A stretch of DNA of 64,000 nucleotides, from NCBI RefSeq assembly GCF_020745735.1, contig NC_083435.1:25667231-25731230 (forward strand). Reading direction: 5' to 3'. Positions 62,746 through 64,000 of this stretch are shown here, one piece after another; positions within the stretch are counted from its first letter, which is position 1, and each line of letters opens with the position of its first letter. The position numbers were made by a program, and so were the translations under genes. The notes under the pieces are model-generated. The model was given only the letters and a program-made list of their open reading frames with translations. It had not been told where the DNA came from and ran no database searches. This stretch comes from Hemiscyllium ocellatum (Eukaryota).

Positions 62746-64000
62746 TCTCCCAGCAGTCAGTCGTTTGATGATCCAGGTTGCACATGAATTGGAACATTTG
62801 AGTCATTCAACGAGCGAGTGAACTTGAGTTCAGTTTCCGGATATGAGGGAGTGGAAACAAACAAGAAAGAAAAAGAACTGCAGGCCGTTTGTAAGTTTTG
62901 TTTTCGCTCTCTATATCACAGGCAAATATCCCCAGCTTATGTCGAACACATGCAACCAGACAAGGGAGTATACAATAAATGGCATACATTAAGAACCTAA
63001 AAGGACAGAGTGATCCTGGGGTGCTTGTCTGCAATTCTCTGTAGATGGTAGGAAAGATAAATCGGGTAGTTCAGAAGACATATACGACGCTTGTTTTCAT
63101 CAGTCAAGGTATAGATTGCAAGAGCAGGGAGGCTATTTTGGAGCTGTACAAAATTGTGGTCAGACCACAGCTGCAATACTGCGTGTAGTTCTAGTAACCA
63201 CACTCAGAAAGGAGTGATTGCACTCGAGGGTGTGCAGAGCAGGCTGACCAATATGTTATCATAGCTGCCATGAGACTGGATAAGCTCGGGTTGTTTTGTT
63301 AGAGCAGAGATGGTTGGGGGTGGGTGGGTGGGGGGGGGGGGGGGTGGGGGTGGAGGTTACTAATAGAAGTGCCTGAGATTATGAGGAGACGGACAGGATG
63401 AATGTAAACTAGCGGTTCCCTTTAGTTGAAGAGTCAATAATAAGACAACACAATTTTAAAATGAAAAGTGGGAAGGTCGAAGGGGATTTGAGTAAAAATC
63501 CTTGCATTCAGCCGGAGGTGAGGGGTGGGTTTTAGGTGTGGATGATCGAGAATGGAAGATTAGTTGAGGCAGGAAACCTCACATCTTTTAAAAAGTATTT
63601 GGATTAGCACCTGAAGTACCCCACCAAGGCAATGTGCCTAGTACGGGAAAATGAGGCGAATATAGGTACTTGTGTATATTAATGAATACTTACTTCATGC
63701 TTAAAAGGGCTTTTAATGTTCTATATTATTCCCTTGTACCACTGCGCAGCTGTGATTGTGTGTGTGTGTGTGTGCGCGCAGTGACTCATGAAAAAGGCAC
63801 CATTGCACAAGAACTTTATTATACACTTCAACCACAAGAAAAAGCCCCCATATAGGTCAGCGAACCATTAACAAGCAAAGACTGATGAGGACAATGATTA
63901 TGTGAAAAAACGATGAAAGGAAAGGGTGTTAATTGAATCAAAATAAAGTTGGAGGGGGAAATAAAGCAATCCACATTCCATGTGTCCCCCTGTCCTTAAT

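Noticed and set aside
63310-63350. G-quadruplex-like G tract upstream of gene B
   Set aside because: Embedded in a decayed CR1 fragment; similar G runs occur in other repeats (about 19775 and 28860), so there is no specific case for function.

Overview
Repeat-rich eukaryotic DNA from a cartilaginous fish (shark-type HE1/V-SINEs, CR1 LINEs, Penelope-like elements); the species cannot be fixed from sequence. Most of the ORF track is noise or retroelement debris, so genes were assembled by hand from splice sites and exon phases. The window looks like an MHC class III segment. (1) Left edge, minus strand: exons 1-3 of a complement C4-like gene. (2) A cluster of non-rearranging VJ-type Ig receptors of the NCR3/NKp30 family. 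Gene A (+, 12572-30826) has one leader, two tandem V exons, one Lys-bearing TM exon and a short tyrosine-free tail (activating type). A decayed copy C (+, about 45406-46822) has an Arg-bearing TM relic. Gene B (-, 62745-51267) has an NKp30-like V domain, a Ser/Thr stalk, an uncharged TM and an ITIM-bearing last exon (inhibitory type). A and B converge tail-to-tail and look like a paired activating/inhibitory receptor system. (3) One intact tRNA-Thr(UGU). (4) Penelope-like insertions with target-site duplications and minimal hammerhead ribozyme motifs. All gene models are predictions without transcript data.
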